A stretch of 64,000 nucleotides of DNA from an uncultured Desulfobacter sp. Lineage in GTDB: Bacteria > Desulfobacterota > Desulfobacteria > Desulfobacterales > Desulfobacteraceae. The translations under genes and the position numbers were made by a program. Positions 10,008 to 20,400 of the stretch are shown in pieces (the first letter of the stretch is position 1; each line of letters begins with the position of its first letter). Under the pieces are notes generated by a model that worked only from the letters and a program-made list of their open reading frames with translations, ran no database searches and was not told the DNA's origin. The stretch is from positions 4,096,001 to 4,160,000 of the forward strand of contig OY762069.1 of the NCBI GenBank assembly GCA_963665095.1. The letters run 5' to 3'.

Positions 10008-11066
10008 ATGTCTCATATTGACTGCAAACTCGATTCTGATTCCAGGGCCGCCATACTTAAAAGCGTCTATCTGGAAAATCAGCGAATGATTACTAGAACT
10101 GCGGTCAATGGCCAAAGGGAAGGTCACCCCTTTGATTTCAGTTTTTTAAAAATTGGCAAAGTGGTCTCTGTCCTGGTTTTTTTAAGTGTCCTTTCAATAG
10201 AGCTGTTCAGCAAAAACCTCTCCCCTGAAAATTATGAGGCGCCAGTGATATATGAGATAAAACAAGCACCGATTCATTCGATGGTTGCTCCTGAATCATC
10301 CAATAATTTTGACCTCTTACTTGTTGGTGATAATAATATTGAGCTGTCATCACTGTTCGGGCTCGGCGTTAAAACCGTTGTCATTGATCCCGGCCATGGC
10401 GGCCGGGATCCCGGAGCCGTTGGGGCTGAAGGGACGCTTGAAAAAGATATTACCCTGGATGTTTCCATCAAGCTTAAGGCGCGTTTGGACGAATTCGCCC
10501 AATTCAAAGTATTGCTGACCCGGAATAAAGATATCACAGTAACATTGGCGGACCGCGTTGCCTTTGCCAAAAAGAATAACGCGGATCTGTTTGTCTCCAT
10601 ACATGTGAATGCACTGCCCAATAAATCCCTGAATGCCATTGAAACCTATTATTTCGGTGCGCCGAGAAGTCCTGAAACCCTACACCTGGCCCAGGTGGAA
10701 AACTCCGGATCTGATTTCAGTATGGCAGAGCTCGATTTGATTCTTGCCGATTTTGAAAACACCCTGAAACGTCAGGAGTCAGCTAAACTTGCCAAGTTAA
10801 TTCAGGAAAGTCTGTTTAAAAACATAAAACGCCGGGATACCAAAGCCCTTAATTTCGGCATCAGAATGGCGCCTTTTGTAGTTATTTCCCAGACCGGGGT
10901 CCCCAGCGTGCTGGTTGAAATTTCATGCATATCCAAATTAGAGCAGGAAGCCAAGCTGGCCACGGCAGATTATCGCTCGGATGTCGCAGGTTACATTACA
11001 GATGGGATCACTGCCTACCTTAAGATGCAAAATACCATAATATCAGACAGGAGGATTGAGCAATGA
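10008..11066 (+). CDS. N-acetylmuramoyl-L-alanine amidase (Amidase_3) with N-terminal TM anchor
   Basis: VVIDPGHGGRDPGAVG, EKDITL, ADLFVSIHVNA, PSVLVEI. Confidence 0.93.
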   Translation: MSHIDCKLDSDSRAAILKSVYLENQRMITRTAVNGQREGHPFDFSFLKIGKVVSVLVFLSVLSIELFSKNLSPENYEAPVIYEIKQAPIHSMVAPESSNNFDLLLVGDNNIELSSLFGLGVKTVVIDPGHGGRDPGAVGAEGTLEKDITLDVSIKLKARLDEFAQFKVLLTRNKDITVTLADRVAFAKKNNADLFVSIHVNALPNKSLNAIETYYFGAPRSPETLHLAQVENSGSDFSMAELDLILADFENTLKRQESAKLAKLIQESLFKNIKRRDTKALNFGIRMAPFVVISQTGVPSVLVEISCISKLEQEAKLATADYRSDVAGYITDGITAYLKMQNTIISDRRIEQ

Positions 11067-11654
11067 GCAGCAACGCGAGTGACGGAAACGATGGTACTTC
11101 CAAAAACGGGAGAGTGGATCAAATGAAAATCCTGAATATCGGCATTGATCTTGGCACCTCAAGAAGTGCTATGTCGGCCAGCAACAGAAAAAGAGACTGG
11201 GTGGAAAGCTATGTGGGATGGCCCAAGGATTTTGTCGCCCAGAAGATGCTGGGCAAACGTGTCCTGTTAGGTGGGGATGCCCTGAAGAACCGCTTGTCAC
11301 TGAACCTTTACCGGCCGCTGGAGCATGGCGTGATCAAGGACGGGTCGGAATTCAATGAAGCGGCCGTCAAAGAGATCGTTGGCTGTTTAATTGACGTGGC
11401 CCTGGCAAAAAACGGGGATGAAGAGATGGACCTGCGCATTATTGTGGGCGTGCCGTCGGATTCGTTCAAAGAGAATAAAATGGCCATCAAGCGGCTGCTG
11501 TCCGATTTCTCCGAATCGATCATGGTCGTGTCCGAGCCCTTTTCCGTGGCCTATGGGATGAACGAATAGAATCAATGATCCGCTTTATGCCGGTGCGGAC
11601 GGTGCCCTGGCCCTGGCCGAAGACATGCCGGAAGAGTACTGGCAGAACAGTTAG
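11063..11654 (+). pseudogene. MamK/MreB-like actin ATPase broken by an internal out-of-frame deletion
   Basis: N-terminal part IGIDLGTSRSA...SYVGWPKD...YRPLEHGVI...IIVGVP...VVSEPFSVAYG stops at 11569. An actin-like C-terminus INDPLYAGADGALALAEDMPEEYWQNS* follows at 11571-11654 in another frame. Confidence 0.8.
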
Positions 11655-11751
11655 AAGCCACCTTAAAATAAGCTTTCAGGCAACTCCTATGTGGATGAAA
11701 ATTTTAATTCGCCGGCATGCCACAGCGGTTAAAATTTTCATCCTGCCACCA

Positions 11752-12084
11752 TTAAATTTGGCAGGCCTTTTCAAAAACACCAGCTGCCCACTGATTAATG
11801 CTTTTCCCGTTAATTTCTGCTGCGGCGGCAACTGAAGCATGAATTTCTGCCGGGATTCTCAGCATCAAATTGCCGGAATATGTTTTATTGGGCACCTGTC
11901 CAAGTTTCTCACATGCTGCAAGATAATCATCAATGGCTTGGGTAAATGCTGCCTCAAGTTCAGAAACAGACTCTCCATGGAAACCTATTACGTCACGAAT
12001 ACCAACAACCCTTCCCGTGAAAATTTTATCATCAGCGTCAAATTCAACCTTAGCAAAGTATCCTTTGTAATTTAGTCCTTTCAT
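11752..12084 (-). CDS. hicB: HicB-family antitoxin, no adjacent hicA seen
   Basis: YKGYFAKVEFDADDKIFTGRV...FHGESVSELE...IDDYL...YSGNLMLRIPAEIH...SINQW. Confidence 0.9.
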   Translation of the reverse strand: MKGLNYKGYFAKVEFDADDKIFTGRVVGIRDVIGFHGESVSELEAAFTQAIDDYLAACEKLGQVPNKTYSGNLMLRIPAEIHASVAAAAEINGKSINQWAAGVFEKACQI

Positions 12085-12283
12085 GCTGCTTCTCCTATTC
12101 TACTTATTTTTTTATGTTTTGAGTTCATGAACATATTATAATGCAATCAATTAATGATTGCAAAATTAAATTTTCATCTTGGAGATACGTTGCTTTAAAA
12201 GCCTATTTATTTCTCCAAGATAGTGGTAAATATTGGGGGAATAAAATAACACCCCACCTTCCTTTAAAGGAGAATTCACAGCA

Positions 12284-12784
12284 ATGGCAGACAACACAGC
12301 CCCATACGGGTGGGATGCCTCAATGGGTATATCCCTGCATGACAAGATCAGGCAGGATATGAAGGCATCCATGTTAAAAAAAGATACCGAAGTCCGGGAT
12401 ACCATGCGCCTGATCATGGGGGCGTTTCCCGACATCACGGTTCCCATCACCCTTGAAAGCGGCAAAAAATCCACCCGGGCCAAAAAGCCCGAAGAGATCA
12501 CGGATGAGGATATCCATGACATCATCCGGAAGTTTGTAAAATCGGAAAAAACCGTACTGGAACTAAAAAAAGAGACCACATCGGATTATCTGGAACTGTT
12601 AGAGGCATATCTGCCCAAAATGGCAACCACCGAAGAGATAGAAGCCTGGATCAAAACCAATGTAGACTTTTCCACCGTGAAAAGCCCCATGCAGGCCATG
12701 GGCGCCGTTATGAAACATTTCGGCAAACTTGCTGACGGGAACCAGGTCAAGGCTATTCTTCAGGGGATGAATGGCGGGAAGTAA
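12284..12784 (+). CDS. GatB/YqeY-domain protein
   Basis: IRQDMKASMLKKD, LEAYLPKM, MQAMGAVMKHFGKLADGNQV. Confidence 0.85.
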   Translation: MADNTAPYGWDASMGISLHDKIRQDMKASMLKKDTEVRDTMRLIMGAFPDITVPITLESGKKSTRAKKPEEITDEDIHDIIRKFVKSEKTVLELKKETTSDYLELLEAYLPKMATTEEIEAWIKTNVDFSTVKSPMQAMGAVMKHFGKLADGNQVKAILQGMNGGK

Positions 12785-12840
12785 ACTGAAATCCATCGGC
12801 ACCCCAGGATAAGATTACGGGGAGTGGGCGCCAGTGAACT

Positions 12841-13082
12841 TTATGCAATTTCCCTGAACTGGGTTACCTCAACCATCCGATATTCATTCTTTGCCTCTTG
12901 GACAATATGTTCAATGGCTTCTGCCGTATCATCGGACAGCCATTCATGACCGCACAAGGCGCAAATGATTGCCGGAACCCCTTTAATAACAACCAGGGTT
13001 GACCCTATATCTACAGTGAAAGTGTAGCCCCATGCTTTTTATTGCCCCCGCAAATCGGGCATTGGCAGCTAATTGAATTCAT
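12841..13082 (-). pseudogene. YgiT-type zinc-finger (MqsA-like) antitoxin, frameshifted
   Basis: Manual translation across three frames: MNSISCQCPICGG / TFTVDIGSTLVVIKGVPAIICALCGHEWLSDDTAEAIE / EYRMVEVTQFREIA*. AGGAG RBS upstream. Confidence 0.7.
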
Positions 13083-13280
13083 TGCTTTCTCCTGGTTTTA
13101 AAATCAGCCTCAAAATGATCCTTATCCGGCCTGTATACAGTGATTACAAAGATCATTTTATTCTGATCATCATAGGAAATAATAACATGCAAAGGGTCGT
13201 TATGCCACATCCTAAAAAATAAAGCGCTTGGAAATGGGGTGTCATCAGGGTAGTTTTCTGTTAATTCTCCATCAATGATT
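13079..13280 (-). pseudogene. DUF4258-family toxin, 5'-truncated
   Basis: GELTENYPDDTPFPSALF...PLHVII...IFVITVYRPDKDHFEADFKTRRKQ*, with its stop overlapping the ATG of the zinc-finger gene. Confidence 0.7.
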
Positions 13281-13373
13281 CCAAGGAGTCAGCGGTTACC
13301 GAATAGAAAATTGCCATCTCGGTTTTCCTTTTTTCATTTGATATTCGTCAGAATTATCAATAAAACATCATCC

Positions 13374-13987
13374 ATGAGTCATTCAACTTTAAACTATTAC
13401 AGTCAGAATTACCTGGAAGTTGCCCGGAGGTATGAATCTGCTGATGTCACACAACTTCATGAGTTTCTATCATCCAGCCTGAAACCGGGCGGCAGGCTCC
13501 TGGAGCTTGGGTGCGGTTCGGCAGGGATGCCGCATTTATGGTCAGCCGGGGATTCAGGGTGCTGGCGACGGATGGTTCCGCATCCATGGTTGAACAGACA
13601 AAAATACACCACCCTGAACTTGTGGAACATGCGGTTCACATGGAACTGCCGGGAGGACTGTCAAATGAACTGGGGGTATTTGACGGCATATATGCCGTTG
13701 CCGTTCTGATGCATCTTTCCTTACAGGACATTGAAAGCACAATATCCGCCGTTTATTCGCTTTTGCCGGAAAAGGGCCGGTTTGCGTTTTCAGTCCCGGC
13801 CCGGCGGGATGATGTCATGACCAATGAATTTGACTCCAAAGGTCGGCGATTCACGGCATTATCACCGGACGGCTGGAAAGAGTTATGCCGGAAGCACAAT
13901 CTGCAGATAGTCCGGACCATGACTTCCGAAGATGGTCTGGGAAGAGGCGGGGTCGTCTGGATGAACTGTCTGGCAGAAAAGCCTTAG
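13374..13987 (+). pseudogene. Class I SAM-dependent methyltransferase with a 1-nt frameshift in motif I
   Basis: MSHSTLNYYSQN...LLELGCGS in one frame continues as GRDAAF...FDGIYAVAVLMHL...GRRFT in another; break near 13520. Confidence 0.85.
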
Positions 13988-14144
13988 GGATACTTCTGAT
14001 CAATAATTTTTTACTATAAGCCCCTCGATCACTTCGACACCAAAGCCCCGGCAAGGCATTTTTCGAAATCTTGATAATTTTTTTGCTGTCTGCTATATCT
14101 TGCTGGAAAAATTTCCGGTCTTTCTTAATGTTATTTGAGTTCTC

Positions 14145-16367
14145 ATGGATATTCAGACGGTACAATTTTATAATTCAAATGCAGATAGAATAACAGTGCA
14201 GCATCACCAATCTGAAAGCTGGATTGGGCGGTATCTGGCACAAGCCTTTACATCTGGTTGCTCGGTTCTTGATATCGGCTGTGGTCCCGGGCGTGATTTA
14301 AACATGCTTGTTGAAGCTGGATATGATGCGCATGGCATTGAGCCGTGTGATAAATTTATCAAATCTATATCTTACACATATCCGAATCTTTGCCAGCGGG
14401 TTAAAAGCGATTCACTGCCGAGCCTTGAAACAATTTCTGACAATTCGTATGACTCAATTTTTTGTTCGGCTGTACTCCATCACCTGCCCAGGGAACTGCT
14501 GTTCGATTCGGTTTACTCTATTCGCCGCATTCTTAGAGAGAACGGACGGATACTGATCTCTATTCCTGTTGATTCGACAATGACAGATCAACGGGATGAA
14601 AACGGATGCCTGTTTAATGGTGTAACGGCTGAAAATTTTCAGTTGATTTTTGAGCGGATAGGCTTTCGTATGATCAGTCGCTGGGATAACGAAAACAGCT
14701 TTGAACATGGGCACCGTAACTGGGTTATCATGTTGTTTACCCTTGGATCAGCCGATGGTTCCCGCAGTTTGGATAAAATTGAAGGGATTCTTAATAAAGA
14801 TAAGAAAGATGCAACATATAAACTGGCCCTGTTTCGTGCACTGGCTGACATTGCCATGACTAATTATAATTCGGCGGAATGGCTGCATGACGGTCGCGTT
14901 GCACTGTCAATTCAATCTATCTCCGAAAAATGGCTTGAATACTACTGGCCGATTATTGACTCAGACATATTTATTCCGCAGAAGCGCGGTGAAAAGAAAG
15001 ACAGCCGGAAACGCATTGCGTTCCGCGCACAGATGAATGATCTCATTGAATGCTATCGCAGTAATGGCGGCCTATCGGCCTTCTGTGTAGATTATCGTAA
15101 TCAGAAGTTGGAAAAAGATAAAACTGTAAAACAACTTTTCTCTAAACTCAACTCAACCATTAAAGCCGGACCTGTTTATTATTCCGGGGGCGGTGGTTCC
15201 AAGACCTTTGATTACGATAAGTACTCTAAGTCGGTGATTATGGATGCCGATATTTGGAGAGAATTATCAATTATGGGAAGTTGGATTACCGATGCGACTA
15301 TCCTGCGCTGGGCCGAATTAACCAAAGAAATTTCTAACCGTGAAATAAAGGCAAGCCAAATTATTGATCTTCTCCTGGAAACGCCCATTTCGGAGCGGGA
15401 TGTGGCATCGGCACGCGGCTTATATGAAACAATGGACAATAAGGTCTGTGTATGGAGTGATAAAATTATTACTGTTAAATTCGATGTGGATCATGCTATT
15501 CCGTTTGTGCTGTGGAAAAATAATGACCTGTGGAATCTGCTGCCTGCCGATCCCACGGTAAATAACCAGAAACGTGATAAGCTTCCAAGTCGTGATTTAC
15601 TCCTTTCCCGCAAGGATTGTATTGTTAATTACTGGGAAAAAATGTACGGAAAATTTGAGAACCGCTTTAAATTTGAAGCGTCAAGATTTGCCGGGAAGCA
15701 GGCCTTTGCAACAAAAAATTGGGAAAATAAGCTTTTTGGCGCGCTCACCGAAGCCACCGAGATCACAGCTATCCAGAGAGGCGTTGCTCGCTGGGAACCT
15801 GACGGCATCAAAGTGCAGCGTTATTCCCAAAACAAAAAGAGACAAATTGATATCCAATCTGCAGAATCAGCGATTTCTGAAAAATGTATTATCAAAATAT
15901 TGGATACTAAAGATATCGGGGCGGCCATGTTTAAAAAGGCCCTTCCCTTTGTGGGGGATATTGCGGCGGGAGAACCGTTCCGGGGGTTTGATATATATGA
16001 TCTGCATTCTGCGCCAGATGAACTGGACTGGATCGAGGTGCCTGAAAGACTGTGCAACGATCGCAGATTTCTGATACGGGTTGCCGGTAATTCCATGGAG
16101 CCCACCATCATGAAGGGGGATTATCTTGTCTGCGAATACCATCGGCATCGGCAGCAGAACCGTGATATTGTGATTATGGGTGACTTTTCTGTGCTGAGTG
16201 ACGGGGAAGTTGCTGTGAAACGTATTTCTGAATCAGAACATCACTGGATTTTCAAATCAGACAATCCACAATATGAGGATATTCGTCTGGAAAAAGAATA
16301 TGACGACCAATATCCCATTTTAGGAACGGTTATTTACAATTTGACCAGGGCTGTCCCTTGCCATTAA
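14145..16367 (+). CDS. Fusion of class I SAM methyltransferase, HNH endonuclease region and C-terminal S24 (LexA-like) peptidase
   Basis: VLDIGCGPGRD and CSAVLHHL (MTase); ATYKLAL...YYWP...DVDHAIPFVLWKNNDLWNLLPADPTVNNQKRDKLP (HNH); IAAG, VAGNSMEP, VAVKRI, SDNPQYE (S24). Confidence 0.85.
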   Translation: MDIQTVQFYNSNADRITVQHHQSESWIGRYLAQAFTSGCSVLDIGCGPGRDLNMLVEAGYDAHGIEPCDKFIKSISYTYPNLCQRVKSDSLPSLETISDNSYDSIFCSAVLHHLPRELLFDSVYSIRRILRENGRILISIPVDSTMTDQRDENGCLFNGVTAENFQLIFERIGFRMISRWDNENSFEHGHRNWVIMLFTLGSADGSRSLDKIEGILNKDKKDATYKLALFRALADIAMTNYNSAEWLHDGRVALSIQSISEKWLEYYWPIIDSDIFIPQKRGEKKDSRKRIAFRAQMNDLIECYRSNGGLSAFCVDYRNQKLEKDKTVKQLFSKLNSTIKAGPVYYSGGGGSKTFDYDKYSKSVIMDADIWRELSIMGSWITDATILRWAELTKEISNREIKASQIIDLLLETPISERDVASARGLYETMDNKVCVWSDKIITVKFDVDHAIPFVLWKNNDLWNLLPADPTVNNQKRDKLPSRDLLLSRKDCIVNYWEKMYGKFENRFKFEASRFAGKQAFATKNWENKLFGALTEATEITAIQRGVARWEPDGIKVQRYSQNKKRQIDIQSAESAISEKCIIKILDTKDIGAAMFKKALPFVGDIAAGEPFRGFDIYDLHSAPDELDWIEVPERLCNDRRFLIRVAGNSMEPTIMKGDYLVCEYHRHRQQNRDIVIMGDFSVLSDGEVAVKRISESEHHWIFKSDNPQYEDIRLEKEYDDQYPILGTVIYNLTRAVPCH

Positions 16368-16463
16368 TGCTTTTGGGACGTTGCTGCAGTCAGAAATTCA
16401 TTAACCAATCAGGGGCTGCACCCTGATTGTCAATAGTCTGATAGTTGTTTACAGGGATAGCAT

Positions 16464-16889
16464 ATGAACGAAGAAAAACTAACCGATAAGCTAAAATTGA
16501 TAGAAGCGCTTTTTGCCGGGGCCACCACTGACGGGGAACGGGATGCAGCGTTTAATGCCCTTCAGAGAATCAGGGACCGGTTAAATGAAATCAAAAGGGA
16601 AGATCCGCCTGTGGAGTATAAATTTGCCATGGCGGATGTCTGGTCCAGAAAGTTGTTTTTAGCTCTGTTGAGAAGATACGATATCAAACCATATCGGTAT
16701 TACAGGCAGAAATATACGACGGTCATGGCAAAAATTCCCAAGAGTTTTGTGGATGAAACCTTGTGGCCTGAATTTGAAGAATTGAATAAGACTTTAAGGG
16801 AATATCTTGAGGAGATTACCGATAAGATTATTTGTGACACCATTCATTCTGACAGTTCGGATGCAGAGGTCGTTAAACAGTTGGAATAG
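16464..16889 (+). CDS. Hypothetical protein
   Basis: Clean 141-aa ORF with RBS-like GGGA; helical N-terminus KLKLIEALFAGATTDGERDAA. Confidence 0.75.
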   Translation: MNEEKLTDKLKLIEALFAGATTDGERDAAFNALQRIRDRLNEIKREDPPVEYKFAMADVWSRKLFLALLRRYDIKPYRYYRQKYTTVMAKIPKSFVDETLWPEFEELNKTLREYLEEITDKIICDTIHSDSSDAEVVKQLE

Positions 16890-17060
16890 CTGTTGCCATG
16901 CATTGCGAAACGCTGGATCCTGGCGCCCGGCCACCTGATATTGTCCCTGACACAGGACCAGATAAATAATCTGCACAATAGGGCGTTAACGATCCTGATA
17001 TGCGTGTCCGATTCAGCGGACCATTCATGCGCAATATTATTGTGGGACTGGGGTCATAAT

Positions 17061-17086
17061 AAAGGCCCCGCGATTTGCGGGGCCTT
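17061..17086. terminator. Probable intrinsic terminator
   Basis: AAGGCCCCGC-GATTT-GCGGGGCCTT hairpin between convergent genes. Confidence 0.65.
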
Positions 17087-17125
17087 AGTCCTCATGACAA
17101 GATGTTACGCAATCAGAGCGCGTTT

Positions 17126-17317
17126 TTATCGTGGGATTTTAAATACTTTTTCCAGAATGTTTTCCATGGGGCAAAACCCCGTAAAGGCTGACTGAAAAAG
17201 ATTGGCCCCCACAAAGGCGGTGAACAGGTACCAGTAAGGGGAGACAAGCCAGCCCAGCAGAAGGGTGACAAGGATGACACTGCCGGCAATTGCCCTGATG
17301 TAACTTTCCATTTTCAT
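17126..17317 (-). CDS. DUF2892 (YgaP-like) small membrane protein
   Basis: IRAIAGS...FVGANLFQSAFTGFCPM; AGGAG RBS. Confidence 0.88.
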   Translation of the reverse strand: MKMESYIRAIAGSVILVTLLLGWLVSPYWYLFTAFVGANLFQSAFTGFCPMENILEKVFKIPR

Positions 17318-17443
17318 CGTGTTTCTCCTTTATTGCGGATCTTAAGCATATAAGCCGTTTGCCGTTGAAAATAAGTAAGACCGATACATAAATTAAGGAC
17401 GGATTATAGGGGCGTCAAGTTGTCACAGGGGCCAGCGTACCAA

Positions 17444-20400
17444 CTATTTTTTTTGTTTTATGGCATCCAGAGCCTGGTGGAACCGGTATTTTTTTAGCGC
17501 GGTTTTCACATTTTCAAACAGTTTTGCGTCATCCGGTTCGAGGGCTGCTTCTTCAAGCACGGCTAACAATGGCTGGATTAGATGGGGGCGGCGGGTTTCA
17601 ACCGCTTCAGACAGTTGCTCCCATAACTCGTTGCATTTTTGGGTGGTTATCTTTTTTAGGGTTACCCTGTCCGGTTGCGCCTGAAAAATGCTGCTGGCCC
17701 TGATTTCACCAATGACATCATTCAGGGCTTCATCAAAGGCGGGCAACAGCGTTTGGTCCAGAGTCATTTCAATCTGTTCGGCAAGTTTGTGCAGTCTTGC
17801 AGCGCCGATATTGGCGGCAAGTCCCTTGATGGTGTGTGCAATACGCTCGGCCTGATTTTTGTCTTTATCAATTGTTTCCCGCAGTTTGGTTGTAACGCCC
17901 TGGTATTCACCGGCAAAGTTGCATAGAAGCTTGATGAAAAGGGTTTTGTCCCCATTCGTATGGCGCAGCCCAAGCGGCACATCCAGTTGCGTCAACGCTT
18001 GAAGCCCTTCCTCCAGAGACGCTTTGACATTTTCAACAGATGCCTCAGGTTGCCCGGAACTGGTATCGCTTATATTGCAGGGCTCGCATTTTTTTGAAAC
18101 AAACTTAAGCAATGTCAGAAACAGTTGATCCACTTCAACGGGCTTGCGAAGATGTCGGGTGGCCCCGATCTCCATGGCCTGCCTCACATCGCTTTCCATG
18201 GCGCTGGCCGTGAGTGCAATGATTGGAATATGCTGATTAATCCGCCGTATTTGTTTGGTTGCTTCATACCCGTCCATCACTGGCATCTGGATGTCCATGA
18301 AGATCAGTTCGTACTGCTCAGGTGCGTTTCTGACCATTTCCAGGGCAATTTGTCCGTTTTCTGCTTCATCAATCATAATGCCGCTGCCGGTCAGTATGCC
18401 GCATATAATTTCACGATTCAGCTTAATGTCGTCCACCAGAAGGATTTGGCTGCCTTTAAGGGTTTTAATCTCTTTCCTCAATGATGCAATGTTGATGCTG
18501 CTCTGGGGCGGTGTCTGTTCAATGGTTTCTCCGGTGAAAATTTTGTGAATGATATTGTGAAGGTAAAAAGGGCTGACAGGTTTGAGCAAAAAGGCGGCAA
18601 TTTTTTCTTTTTCTGCCTCCTGCATCATGCGTTTCTGGTGATAGGCCTGGGTCATGACAATGATACCTGTGCCGCTGCCGGGTTGCCTGTTTATGGCCGT
18701 AATGGTTTCCTTCCAGCCCATGGCCTGGATGTTCCGGTCCACAAAGACCAGGTCAAATTTTTCCCGGGTGATCATGTCAACCGCTTTTTTACCGTCTGAT
18801 ATGGCCTGTGTCCTGATATGATACTGGCCCAGCATTTTTTGAAGGATACGCCGCCACGAGGCGGAACCGTCAATGATAAGTGCGGTTTTATCGTCAAATG
18901 TCTCTGATTCAACGGATGACTCTGTGTTCTCAGGCTGCTCAAAGAGCGTTACCTCAAAAGAGAAAACGCTGCCTCTGCCAGACATGCTTTTTACCCAGAT
19001 CCGGCCATCCATCATCTCCACCAAGTGTTTTGAAATGGCAAGGCCCAGGCCTGTACCGCCATATTTACGGGTGGTGGATTTATCCGCCTGTGAAAAGGAG
19101 AGAAACAGTCGTCCTATCTCCTCGTCTGTCAGGCCGATGCCGGTATCTGTCACGTCAAACCGGAAACGGTTCTCTCCGATTTTTTTGCAGTATATGCCCA
19201 CCTCCCCTCTGTTTGTAAATTTAACAGCGTTGTTGATCAGGTTGGTCAGGACCTGGCCCAGCCTCAAGGGGTCGCCGTGCAGATGCATGCAGGTAATGTT
19301 GTCGTAGGAGACAATCAGGTCCAGATTTTTCCGGGCCGTTGTCATCTCCACCAGGGTGGTGACATTTTCAATCACCGTATTCAACTCAAAATCAATCTGT
19401 TCAAGTTTAAGTTTACCAGCCTCAATTTTTGAGATATCCAGGATGTCGTTGATAATACCCAAGAGTGCGCTGGCAGAAGTTCTCATCTTTTCAGTAAAGT
19501 CCTGCTGGACTGGGGTCAATTCCGTCTCTTTCAGAAGATAGAGCATGCCGGTAATGGCATTGATGGGGGTGCGGATTTCATGGCTCATGTTGGCAAGAAA
19601 CGCGCTTTTGGCTTTTGACGAGGCAACTGCCGCTTCCCGTTTCTGTTCCGCCTGCTTGCCGATAAGTGCTATCTTTTTGTTTTTTTCCCTGAGGGCATTG
19701 ATCCTTCCGGCCAGTACGATGGAAAAAAGGCTTGCTTCAAGTGCAGAGCAGCACTGGTGGAAATAGTTTGTGAACTTACCATGGGGAAGAACTCCCAGAA
19801 ATGTCAGGCCTGCAATGGACGTTGACACCAGAACCAGTGCCCATATGAATATAAAGTGTTTTGAATAAGGGATACGGTGTCGCAGGCTTTGAAAACTGAT
19901 GAACAAAAGAACAACCGGATATATGCCTGCCAGGCTGGCTGTGTAGATATTGGCCAGAGGCGCCGGCACCACAAAAAGGATCAACAGGCCTATGGCCGAC
20001 AGTGCTATGATGATGTTCATTAATCTATCTGATAAGGGGATGTAGGCTTTCAGACTTAAAAACTGTTTTGAGAAAATCGCTGCAAATCCAATGAGAAGAA
20101 AAACAAATATAGGCATGGCTTTGATGTTGAACTGCGGGAAAAAAGGCCATAAATACTCGTACCCCAGTCCGTTAAAAGAGAGCTCAAAAAGAGCGGTGGG
20201 TGCAATATGCAGGATAAACAGCAGAAAACTTAAATCTTTTGTCGTCAGGTATACCAGCAGATTATAAAAGATGATTACAAACATCAGACCGTAAAAAGCA
20301 CCCATCAGGCAGTATTCGTTTTTTGCATGCTGCCAGAATGCCTGTTTTTTCCATAAAGTCAGAGGGGCCCGGAGGGAGTCATCTGTTTTGAGCTTGATGA

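Noticed and set aside
10008..11654. Magnetosome gene island
   Set aside because: Only one broken MamK-like gene; no other magnetosome genes in the window
11575..11835. 86-aa ORF after the actin fragment
   Set aside because: Wrong frame; the meaningful actin C-terminus is at 11571-11654 and the rest overlaps hicB antisense
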